64,000 nucleotides of DNA, taken from positions 6,572,001-6,636,000 of the forward strand of contig CM120645.1 in assembly GCA_051362555.1 (NCBI GenBank), given 5' to 3'. Made by a program: the position numbers and the translations under genes. Position 1 is the first letter of the stretch, and the number at the start of each line of letters is the position of its first letter. The notes beneath the pieces were generated by a model, which saw only the letters and a program-made list of their open reading frames with translations, did not search any database and was not told where the DNA came from. This document shows positions 52,438 to 64,000 of the stretch, piece by piece. This stretch comes from Lingula anatina. Its lineage: Eukaryota; Animalia; Brachiopoda.

Positions 52438-55400
52438 TGCGGAAAGAGAATCAAAAGAAGACCAGCCAGGATGGCAGGAAGACCACGTCTACTTAAACTA
52501 TGGACAATATAATAATCTGAAGGGAAAAAAAAACAATAAGATTGAAAGCTTGAACCCCATGTTGGCTGGTGTGCTTGTTCTTATTATGACTTTATCGTGG
52601 AAGACGGAACACTTCCATGCCATCATGTAGCATCATTTCATTACGTCATTCGAAAATAAAAAAGAGATGTCTGCACATGGGGGGGAGAACATACCAAGAA
52701 CGATGGGAGGGAGGACTTTCAACTTTGATTTTTACCGCAATGGTCATGACACCTTGCCTGGAAATGAGCGTTTCACAGGGACACATAGATATTCCCAATT
52801 GACAGTGATTTGCTGCTTTATGGCAGTGGATAAGAACTGGCTTTTTAAAAAATAATATTAATCGGCGTGTATGGAATATAGGGTCAGCATTCGGAGTGCT
52901 GCGCATCAAATTTGATATGAGATCTGCCATACTGTATCTATCCATAAATGTTTTTTCGTCAGATTATGTTATTTTCTCCACTTGTCTCCTCTTTCTCCTT
53001 TCATTAAGCACCAAGTGGATTTTTTATTTTTTATTTTATTATTATTATTTTTTTTAAATTCATTTGACTGGTACTGCAGGCCTGTGGTAAGCGGACAGTG
53101 GGGAAGATAATTCTTTACATGAAGATTTTTCTCAACGTTCATTGTATTCACTGTGAACTGCTGTTGACAGGTACATCAGATCAAGATTGTGCACTATAAT
53201 TGTGACAGAACTAACATTTCCCTTAACTCCTTTTTTTTCTGACAAGCTCAGGTTGGTAAGCAGAGTTTTGTTATTTGTTATTGTCAAGTTTTTTCCCCTC
53301 TTTATGATGTATTGTGAGATGAATTCTTTTCAATGCATTCTTCTGTTAGCACTTTATTATCAAATAATATATTTTAGCTGTCGCTTCAAAGAAAATGCCA
53401 TGGAAACTGAGTGTATAACACAACTGTTGAAATTATTTAATGGGTAAGCGATCTCTTATGAAAATGAATGAAAGTCTTGCTTGGAATTTGCCACTTTTCT
53501 AATGAAGTTATCTAGTCAAACCAAGCAGTGATTGTTATGAGGTATAAGATTAAGAGATCACAGTGTATCTTCAGGATTAAGTTTTCCTACTCTGTTGGAA
53601 GTATTGTGCTTGAAGTAAAATGTTTTCTGTAAGCGACCACATTTTTAAAATCTTTGTTATAAGTATTGTTAGTCTCTAAGATTCCTCATAATATATATGT
53701 AGTGTTTATAAAATTAATATAGGTGGAGCCACAGTAGTTGAGTGGCCTGTAAAGGGCATCGCCTGCTGTTGTCTGCTTTTGAGATGTGTGTTCTGTCACT
53801 ATTATACATTCAACACCAAACTGGATTTTTGGTGGTCATTTTTCTATATAGTTGTATGCACAATGGTTGGAAAAAAGTATTAATTTATTTTCTTTGAATT
53901 TTTTCCCAGTTAAACAGTATGAGCTGACACCTTTTTATTGTAGAGTCTTAGAAGTGTACACAAGACCTGTATAAAAAAAGTGTACATATAGGTTGTCTGC
54001 TCAAGAACTTAGAACCCCTTTGATTCTAAAAGTTGTTGCCAGGTGACCAGTGGCACTCAGCCATTTGAACCCTTGATAAATAAATTTGGTCATTTTAAGG
54101 CATGTTTTAGAAACAAATGGATTTTAATTAAAATACCTATTGGAGCATACCCAATTTAATCAAACTTTGTTGCAGTTAATCTTTGCCTAGATCTCTCCTC
54201 CACTACCCCAACTCTCCAAGCATCATTCTTCATTAAGAAGTATTTATTTGTTGGGGAAAGTGCACATTAGTTGTCATTCTACTTCTCTGATAAATAATAA
54301 TGTTTTGTCTAATGTAAAAATTGTTCGTTTTACTAAGACATATAATACTGCTAAGTATAATGAATGCTTATAAATGCATAGCTTAGGTAGATACGAAAAA
54401 AAAAAAAGAAATTTTTGAATTTCAGTAAAATCTTCTGACTATAGAAAAGAGTAGTTCTCTACAAGGAAAATATTCTTCTGAATGGTTAATTTAATAAGGC
54501 CAACCACCAAAGATTATATATATATATCAGTTGGCTCTGTTGTAGAACATCATTAAATTCCACATACAATTTTAAACAAGAAGTATCCCATCTACAAAAC
54601 AAAACAAAAAACCACAGTTGACATGGGGCAGTTTTATTTTCTTCTTTCTTTTCCAATATGATTAAGCAGCAATACATGTGAAGGGATAGAGTAAAACCTA
54701 TAAATAGACAATAATAGCAATAGAGACCACCACCATTATAATTATTATATTTTACTTCATCTCACCAAAGCAACTTTCGTCTTATAAGATAATCATTATG
54801 ACATTAGTTTATCATACTGACATCAACTTTTGTCGTAAAACTGAAGTCTAAGTCTAATATGACAATATAATAAAATTTTATTACGTTACTGAAAAAGAGT
54901 CTGGTAGCTTCTCAAAATATATATTAATTGTTGTTGGTTTCCTCTAAATGGGTATGTAAACTCCCTAAAAAGCACTCTTATAAGCCCTTACAATAAACAG
55001 CTTTGTCAAGGAGAGAGAAAAAAAAAAAAACAGTTTTATTTTCCCTAAGTAAGAATGCAGATAGATTTGCATGGCAACAAATAATATGCGACAGTTAAAA
55101 TCAAAGAAAATCGGTGAAAATGCTGTTATAACGTATATGTAGATTAATATTTAAGTTACACCACTCTGCAGCTATATTGAAGATACTGGATATAAGCAAA
55201 AACCTACACTTATATATACTAGCTGATTTCTTCCTCACAGCTTGTTTCATCTGGTGAGAAAATTTTAATTTATGAAATTTTCATTGTAAGCTCTTCTATC
55301 AGCCATCTGTATCAGCGAGAACCCAGGACTCCTCAGCTTTTCTAATGTTCAAGGTTGAAATACATTAAGGTTTTCCATGAGTATAAAAATTCTTTAAAAA

Positions 55401-55652
55401 GCCAAGCGATGCAAGTTACAACTTATAATAAATGCATAACATCAAGCTGCCAGTTAGGGAATATTATGTCCATCTAGTATAACGTCCTTGTCTTGGTTAA
55501 TAATAATTGCAAAAAGTTAAAAAATAATGTATATAAATAAAATAAATAAATGTTATTACTGGTTATTATGCAAAAAATAAGTTTTGCATCTCCTCTAGTA
55601 TTGCAAAATAACTGCCCATGTCTTGTCTTGTCTTGGCGGACCAGTGGTGCCC

Positions 55653-57861
55653 TCAAGCGGCTGTCACGGTTTCCTGTGCCTCCTCCCACTGACAGTCAGG
55701 ACGCGTGCAGTGACGAGCCTCCTTGGCGGCAAAATCCCCCGGGCGATTACAGAACTCACAGGTGGTGGGGCACGGGCCACTTGTGAACTCCATCCCGCTC
55801 TCCTCCCAGGCATCCACCACGGCCTTGACGAAGTACTCCATCATGTCTTCCGTGTGGTGGGGGGTGGGGGCAATACGGAGCTTCTCCTCGCCCCTTGGAA
55901 CGGTGGGATAGTTGATCCCTTGAACGTAGATCTTGTGTTTCTTCAGGAGGGTGTTAGCCACCTGTGTTACTGCCTGTGCATCTCCCACCTGATAACCAAA
56001 AGTATCACACATAATCTATCTATGCAATTTGGAGTAAATCGTTTGGTAAAACTACATCATTTACCATTGACAACTAGCATTTGAGAAGCCACCAAGATGG
56101 ATGCTGGCCGTAGGGATAAAAAAATATTATTTTCAAGAAATAAATTCAATTTGAATTCTATTGACAAATGCCTTTATCATTTTATATAAATGCAGAAAAA
56201 CAAAAATCAGGCATGATTATGGTACAACACCTGAAATGAGTCAATTTGTTGACCCAACAGAGCAAAAAGAAAAATATGCTATTAAAAGCTATAAATGTTA
56301 CTCATTGCAGGACTTAAATTATCTAAATAAGGTAGAACAGATCGAGGCAAGAGAGAGAGAGAGAGAGACGGAGTAATGGACTCACATGTATAGGGATGAT
56401 GTGACTGGGACAGTGTATAACAGGCAATCCTGCCTCAGTCAGCTTCTTACGCAAGTGTCTCACGTTCTCTTGGTGGGTTTGGCGCAGCTTTCGGCCCTCA
56501 TCACTTTTCAACACCTAAAACAAGACAAAAAGTTATTTCAATGGTTGTACCAAAATAATCTTTTTAAAAAATTTCCTTTCTTGCTTTATTTAAAATTTCG
56601 AATTAATACATTTGGTTTATTGACCCTTTCATACACAACTGCAAATACTCACATCTGCATACACCCACACGTGCACACACGCACACACAGATACATACAG
56701 AGTTCTTACCCTAATTGAAGCCAGTGCCCCAGACAACACGGTGGGAGGCAAGGAGGTTGTAAAAATGAACCCAGAGGCATAACTCCGTATCATGTCTACC
56801 AGGCGTGAGGAGCTGGCTATATAACCTCCTATATTGCCAAATGCCTTGCCTTGAAACAAAGAAAATCCATGTAAGATAACAATCAATTTGCAGGAGAATC
56901 AGGTATAAATAGAAAATTCAGGATACATATGACAATTTCAAATTCCATTGAACTTAACACTACTGCCATGACATTTTAGCTCTTTTCCCCCAAAAGGTAT
57001 CTGAATCCAACAGCATTGAGTATCCATGATGACTATTACAACAGCATTTACTCAGGTTTCAAGAAAGGACTATAGAGGGCAGCACTATCCAGGAGTTAAT
57101 TCTAGCTTTGAATATAGAGGGCAGCACTAACCCAGAGTGCCAGAGATGATATCCATCTTGTGCAACAGTTGGTCCCGTTCTCCCACTCCAGCGCCACGAT
57201 CACCGTATAATCCAACAGCATGAACCTCGTCCACAAACGTGATGGCACCATACTTGTGTGCCACGTCGCAGAGTTCCTCTAACGGACACACGGCACCTGG
57301 ATGCAAATGATGAAAGGATAAAATACAGTAAAAAATCATTAAGGAGACAAGGAGTCTCAAGAGTCACCAACACAAACAAACACATTTTCTGACTTTTAAA
57401 CTTCATACTTTTTTGACATTTTCACACTATGGTGGTCCCTGGACAATAACGTCCAACTAGAAGAATGTCAATCAAGTACTTCCAATGTGCTTTCAAGTAA
57501 AACATGAACCATTAAATCACGATCTAATAAACAACTACAGCAGATTGTTTGCCTTGTTTGCCATAGATTGCACATTTGAACCAGATGAGTTTAAACCAGA
57601 TTAAACATTATGTCAAAATCTATACCAATTGTCCTGCTCTTACCTGTCATGGAATGAACCGTTTCAAATGCCACAATCTTGGGGGTGTTGACATCCACTT
57701 TCTTCAACAGTTCCTCCAGATGAACTGGGTCGTTATGGCGGAAGATATGCTTGGGGACGCCACTGTTCCGGATACCTTGTATCATAGAAGCATGGTTCCC
57801 AGCATCAGAGAAGATGTGACAGCCTGAAGGGAGAGGAGATGATTTTATAATAAAAATTTTA

Positions 57862-57898
<37 letters not shown>

Positions 57899-60800
57899 TG
57901 GCTGTGCATTGTACATGCATTGTTGAAACTGAAATATGGCAGCTGGGATGAAAATGTAAATGCATAAAACAATCTAAAAATAATCACTTCCCTGAAATTT
58001 TCTGTTTTGAACATACATTTGTATTTACAACAAATCCATCAATCTTAGCAAAGCCTTCACAGTAATCTTTTAACAGCTGCAAATCTCAGCATAGTCATAT
58101 CCACATACCTGGAAGAGCCTTAGCAAGGGTGAACAGTGTAGAGTCATTGGCCACATAACAGGAAGTGAAGAGCAGAGCGCCCTCTTTCTGATGCAGATCC
58201 GCCAACTCAGCCTCCAGTTCTTCGTGGTAGATAGTGTTACCGGAGATATTTCTCGTCCCTCCAGCTCCCGCCCCATGTTCCCTGACTGCATTGCTGTAGA
58301 GGGAAATAACAGTAACCGTTACGGTAAACACAAGACATTGACAGGATGACAACTTGACTGTGTTGTAGACTACGTATAAATTGGGAAATTCTGACACCAG
58401 AAAAAATGGTTTCAGTTAAGGAAAGATGCAAGTTCGGCAATATGCATGATTTTTAGTCAATAACAAAGAAAAAACCTGTTCTACAAAAACAAGTTTCAGA
58501 CAAATTGTAAAACAAGTTTTCAAGACCAGATATCTGGAGTGCACAGTATAAAATCATGTTTTTCTAGATCATAAGAAATATCATGTTAAACTTTTTCCAG
58601 TAGATGTTTTTCCTGGGGAGAGAGGTGGGTTTGGGGAAGATGTCAGGGCAAAACCAGTGCTTCCAGTAGATACATCCCTAATCAACTTACACGACAGCCT
58701 GTTTGACCTTGGGGTGCCAGCTCATTCCCAGGTAGTCATTACTACACCACACAGTGATGTCCTTCTTCCCCTCTGTGTGCTCCTCCGCAAACGGAAACTT
58801 CTCGGCACGCCGGTTGACCTTGCGGAAAACACGGTACGAGTGATCAGTCTTCTTCTTTTCTATCTCATTCTGGAAGAACTGCTCATAGTTGAAGTACTTG
58901 AATGCCTCTGCATGACCACCTGAAATTTTAATGACATTTCACTATGATTAATTTGATAAAAACAGTTTAAAGAAGTGTTCTAATTTTCCGCCAAATTGGC
59001 AGACTTCAGACTTAAGTAATTACTCAATCTTTTCGATAGCGACAATTGTGAATTTTATAGAAACTATTTTTTAAGTCATAATTTCTTAAAATTAGACCAT
59101 TCCTCAGTGATAGTAACAAAATTAAAAAGCAAGTTACTCTATAGTTCTATTCTATGCAGTAAAAGCACCACAGTAATAAAATTTATGTGATTATAAAATT
59201 GTATCTGAAAGTTTGATAATTGTTGCCCAATGAAAAGATCGAGCAAATACCACAAATCAAGCTCAGCCCCATTGTCCATGTACCCAGTATACTCACCTCT
59301 ACTTGCTGATGTAGAGTTGACATTTAAGGTTTCTTCCTTCTTCTGTCCAGCTTGGTTGTCCAGAGATTGACTGGTCACCTTGGTGGCTATGTCCACTTTA
59401 GCAGCAGACTCGACAGACCCTGAAATGGACACAGAATAGGACAATCAGCACACAGAAAAATCTTTATAGATTTGCTTCCCTCATACACGTATATGTACAG
59501 TTTAAATTTTCTTTGAAAAAAATTTAATAAGATTAAAAAAACATACCAATATATATAACCAGTTTCAACTTTTAATTCTTTAAAGTTTGACATTTCTTTT
59601 AATGTTGTAGCAGTTTGCACCATTTAACTACCTGTACTGCACAATCATCATCTCATTAGAATTTAGAATTACTATATATTTTGGAAATGAAATTTTCAAA
59701 ACAGGCCAAAAATTAGAATAAAAACAGGACTTCATAAACAGAAGCCCCATGTTAAGAGTATTCTCCTTTGAGTAGAAATGAAGCAAGCACAGGTGAAATT
59801 TCATAATCAATAATACGTTAGTTAATATATTAGTTCATATTATCCCTGTTACCTGACTCCCTCACTGGGTTAGTCTCTTCAACTGAAGGTACCATATTCA
59901 TATTATCCAGCTTAGTCTCCTCCTCTGCCTCATGCACAGGTGGAAAGTCTGCATGTGAAACAGAAGTATAAATGTTCCCAAAACCAAAAGAATTAGTGTA
60001 TTTATTGTCAGTCTTACCCCTCAAACAATGACACTGGAATTGTTTTCAATGGTTAGGGTAGTTATGCAACCATGATAGCAATTGTTATGATATTTGAGAG
60101 GAAAATGGTACAGATAAATACTAGCTACAAAATAAATAAATAAATAAATAAATAAAATAAATCCCATCACCTTTGTAATTGAGATAAATTGTTTGACTTT
60201 TGATTGGTTTCCTATGGTTTTACTAACCACAAATCCACAATCATTTGATGACCTCATCAAATGTTTTGTTTTTTTTTTGTACAATGAGGGTCTGAGTTAG
60301 TCAAGCAGTCAATCTGTCTTTAGTCTTTAGAAAGTTTAATTGTAAAGTTTGTAAGTTACTATGAGATAAGTAAATAAGCTACCAAGAACTTGCCACCAAG
60401 ATATAGGTTATTTCATTTTCATATTTTTAATTGCTTGAGAAAAAAAAAATTCAACTGAAAATATTTGTTTTTAAGATGGTGGAACTAACCCTGCGTGATG
60501 GCAGCAGCAGCTGAGGTACTCTGCTTTCTCTTGGCCTCACTACTCAGATAGGGGCACTTGTTCAAGTTTGTGGGCTCTGGAAAAAAACAATAACATAAAA
60601 TCCCATTAATGGACTCTTTGCTTAATTAGCAAACCAGGTTCATATCAAAGCTTATTCATATCTCTCTGCATTTAAGTAAACCTGATTATATTTTACTTCC
60701 CAAAACTTTAATTAAATTTAACTAAAAACTTTGAAAAAACTTTTTTTCATAAAGGTGTGAAAAAAATTTTTATAACTACCATAGCTAAGCCACCCTCTAC

Positions 60801-61244
60801 CATTTTTTCACAGTTTATAGACTAGGCAATGATATGTCTTATGGCAATATCCTGATGACTTATTTGAATATCTCTTATAACTAACGATACTTCACTTCAA
60901 GTTTACAAGTTTTCAGAAGTTATTTGAATCTAAATATTGTAAACACTAACTATAAACATGATTTCTAAACTTCTTAATCAAACTGTACAAAACCGTAATT
61001 TATATCTATTTCAACTTCATTCTGTTACAGGTTTGAAATCCTGTCCAATACTACCAGCAGCTTCAAAAAAGTAGTGCAATAACTCACCACTAGGGGGAGT
61101 CCCGGCCCTGGTTGCCATGGAAGCAAACTTGATGACGTGCCCCATAATTGGGCAATTTTCAGCATAAGAGAGAACTGCTGGTGCGTACTGGCGCAAATGA
61201 TTTGTAGGTATGCGGGTCAAAAATGGACACTTCAATGCCTTCAT
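55653..61244 (-). CDS. ALAS: 5-aminolevulinate synthase, mitochondrial precursor (11 coding exons, ~608 aa)
   Basis: Exons 61088-61244, 60490-60576, 59853-59948, 59297-59419, 58691-58919, 58109-58293, 57644-57823, 57132-57296, 56710-56849, 56386-56514, 55653-55988 (1827 nt, in frame). Motifs: [53 protein letters not shown] (PLP lysine), [30 protein letters not shown]; N-terminal CP heme-regulatory motifs. Confidence 0.97.
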
Positions 61245-62536
61245 GGTTGCAACTGCAATGAAAGAGAGAAAATGAAAATAGCAAATTTGACTTGAATAAA
61301 TGCAAAATTTGCCACTCTTGGTAATGAAAACTTTACATGTTTCCATGAAATCAAATTATCTGTACTGCTTAAAGCAATTTCATTTGGACACAGAGACAAA
61401 AATAATTCTACGGAAGGTGAAAATGTGCCACGCCCAAAAATTTCATCGCATTAAATTTTTTTTTTCTGATTTAGCATGGATCAGATCAGTCATGAATTCT
61501 AATTTCATTTTGATAAAATTTTTGTCCCAAAAAGAGCTTTATAATGACCACACCAAACCACTATTATACTGTTACTTCATGAGATCATTTTTTACCAATA
61601 TGAAAAAGGCCAGTTATAATTCAGGTTTTGTTATCTGTTGCATGTGTGTTTCATATCAATATTAATAAGACAAGCTACCAATGTATACCAAAAGCTCATT
61701 AAATCTGAAATACAACTAACATTTGTGAACAGCTTTGCGTGTGAAGTGGATGCAATAGGACTATGAAATTTAATGACTTCATTGGCATTCAAACTGCATT
61801 TTTGAACTTGTTAGTGGGATATCTCAAGTTTTTGAATAAACAGTTTAGAATTTCATTTCAATTATTAAAACAGGAAACAAAACTGGTATATTTGTTTCCT
61901 CTGATTTACAAACACAAAATGATCTTTGTTAATTTTTTTGTTAGAAACACAAGTGGAATTTCTTGTGATTCAACTTGAGATGAAACAGCATGTGGAAAAG
62001 ATTACATTTCTTGTAGCACAGGTATTAGGCTTATCAAACTTAAGAAGATCATGTCTATTCTGGATATTTTAGGCCATCCAAGCTTATTATTATTATTTAT
62101 TTTATTTTTAAAAAATTTATCAACCTATTTTGTGAATTCCTTCAGGGGTAAAAAGTGGACATTATTTTATACACAAATAATGGAGCCCAAAACATTAATT
62201 TTCAGCTGACTATACCATTCCTTGGCCTTGTCAATTTCTAGATAAGGTAAGGTTTGTAACTACTGTAAGCATATTTTTTCTTTCTCGAAAAAAAATATTT
62301 TTCTTTCACCAATACAATCAGCTGGCAAAAAGCAATCAAATGTCTAGAATTTTAAGCCAATGCACCGTCTTTGGCCCTTAGTGGAAAAAATGTTATTTCA
62401 AGTCTTAGATTAACAGCCGGGCATGCAAAACAATCCTCTTTCCTGATCATTTCAAAGCCTACGCACTACCTTACTTAATCCCAGATCAAGTCTAGAATAA
62501 ACTTCATGTGTAAATATCACACTGAAAGCTACTTAC

Positions 62537-62695
62537 CAGATGAACAATGACTTGCACAAAGTCTTCAATCTTTCAACAATCTGAATCAGAGATAACGAAT
62601 GTCCTGGCAGCAGCGTGTGTGAACTCACAGCTTCTACACCTGGAATGAAAATGACACGCCCACTTACAGGATTTATCCACACACTCGTATTTATA
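62537..62695 (-). promoter_or_regulatory. Putative ALAS non-coding upstream exon and TATA-like box
   Basis: The ALAS ATG exon opens with an acceptor at 61252, so an upstream exon is needed. Good donor CTG|GTAAGT at 62537/62536; TATAAATA on the minus strand at 62695-62688. TSS not determinable. Confidence 0.4.
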
Positions 62696-64000
62696 CTGAC
62701 TGCATTTAGTACACCTGCATGACAAGTTATCGACAATGGCAGATGACCGCTTACACAATATCCACTGCCCCGTCGTGATGGAAGGTCACCCTGATGAAAG
62801 GGGCCTGTTGTTCCATTTTGACAATTCTAAAACCCAGGGATGAGACTGAAAACGTTGGAAAATATGGCGTGAGGTCCAGGGGACCGCCTAGGCCAATGAT
62901 ATTTTTACCCCCCAAAAAGTTGGAAATCTGCTGTCAGTCCGAAAAATCTCATTCCTGAACACCCTGTCCAATAACAATACCTTGTCCTATAACTATATCA
63001 CGACATTCACCTCCTTGATTCAGTAATTCAGGATCTGCTAATTCTGAGCTCTTTTCTTCGTTCTTCTATTAAAATGTGGCAATGAACATGTGCCAGTTGA
63101 AATGTAATCATCAACCACTCTGATACTCAGGGTGATGGGTTACTACAAATTAAAGAGGGTGAAGTGAGAGTTGAGAGAAAATGGAATTATTACACTTTTT
63201 CTTTTTCAAGGTCAAATATGTGAAGGCAATGATAATCAAATTCTATTTTTTAAAGCCAAAACGAACTCTCCCTCTCATTTGGGAGAAAAAAAAATTGTGT
63301 ACAACGAGTCTTGTAAAATAAAATTTTTAAATATTTTTAAATAAAAAAAAAAAGTTTAAATTTATAAAACAATCCATACAAGAACCAGGATTTCTTCAGT
63401 ATTGTGAACAATATGGCAAGCTATTCTCTTAATCACAGAGCCCTTCAAATAGGAAGGGGGACCTCTTATATACAGGGTGTGACTTTTTATGATCCTAACC
63501 GGATACAGACACACCACCATCATGTCTGCAACACAAACAACATAAAAGAACAGCAGAAAAGAATCAAATGAACAAATGTGTTGTATAGCATGAAAATTAC
63601 CTTGCTGAACAAAAACCACAACCAATTCTAATACAAAAATGTGATTTTCCCTCATGAAATTTAGTTGCTGTTCATAATTTAGCAATTGTCAATTCATGTC
63701 AGTCTGTTATTTACCTCAGGCAACAGGATACCTTGTTTCGTGAGACAATAACTACACAATTAAAAACCATTCACAGTTAGTCTGGATCTACTGATTATGA
63801 TCAGCCTATATATCATAGTACCATCATGTTGTTATCATCATACGTGGCCTGGCTCGACCCCTGACAGGATGCAATATCATTTAAATGTATCATCTCTGTG
63901 TCCAAGGGCACAGTTTCACTGAACCTTCTACTGGCCGCATTTTCAGTGAACTTATAACTCCTTAGCTCAGAAAGTTCTAACCACACATTCACAACAGACA

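Noticed and set aside
53722-53765. tRNA/SINE head-like sequence
   Set aside because: Only a degenerate A-box; no B-box or cloverleaf.
62755-62775. CAGTGN loops near the ALAS 5' end as an iron-responsive element (also ~62520 and ~63918)
   Set aside because: None has both the 5-bp upper stem and the bulged C.
63903-63965. Short hairpin with a P-like end (TTATAACTCCTTAG)
   Set aside because: Arms are degenerate and no TSD is identifiable.

Overview
AT-rich, intron-containing animal genomic DNA; an invertebrate, probably lophotrochozoan (inferred, not shown). I could splice six protein-coding genes by hand into intact frames: HDHD5/CECR5-like HAD hydrolase (-, 4202-12260, containing a U12 minor-spliceosome intron), LEMD3/MAN1 (+, 19872-27226), an MFSD8-like lysosomal MFS transporter (-, 31632-40137), a CD225/dispanin-like membrane protein (+, 43174-43713), UBE2N/Ubc13 (+, 46859-52437) and 5-aminolevulinate synthase ALAS (-, 55653-61244). 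Most short ORFs in the supplied track are exon fragments or noise. The non-coding DNA holds many mobile elements: P-type elements with 7-bp TSDs including a 29-bp probable excision footprint, TTAA/Kolobok-type MITEs, an ISL2EU-like element with a nested foldback, a Helentron-type HINE, and a truncated LINE fragment between ~800-bp near-identical direct repeats. A dispersed GTGTTAGnTGTGAC minisatellite motif recurs beside 5' splice sites of three genes. No rRNA, tRNA or CRISPR array was seen. No new multi-gene system is demonstrable from sequence alone. All family assignments come from motif recognition, not database searches.
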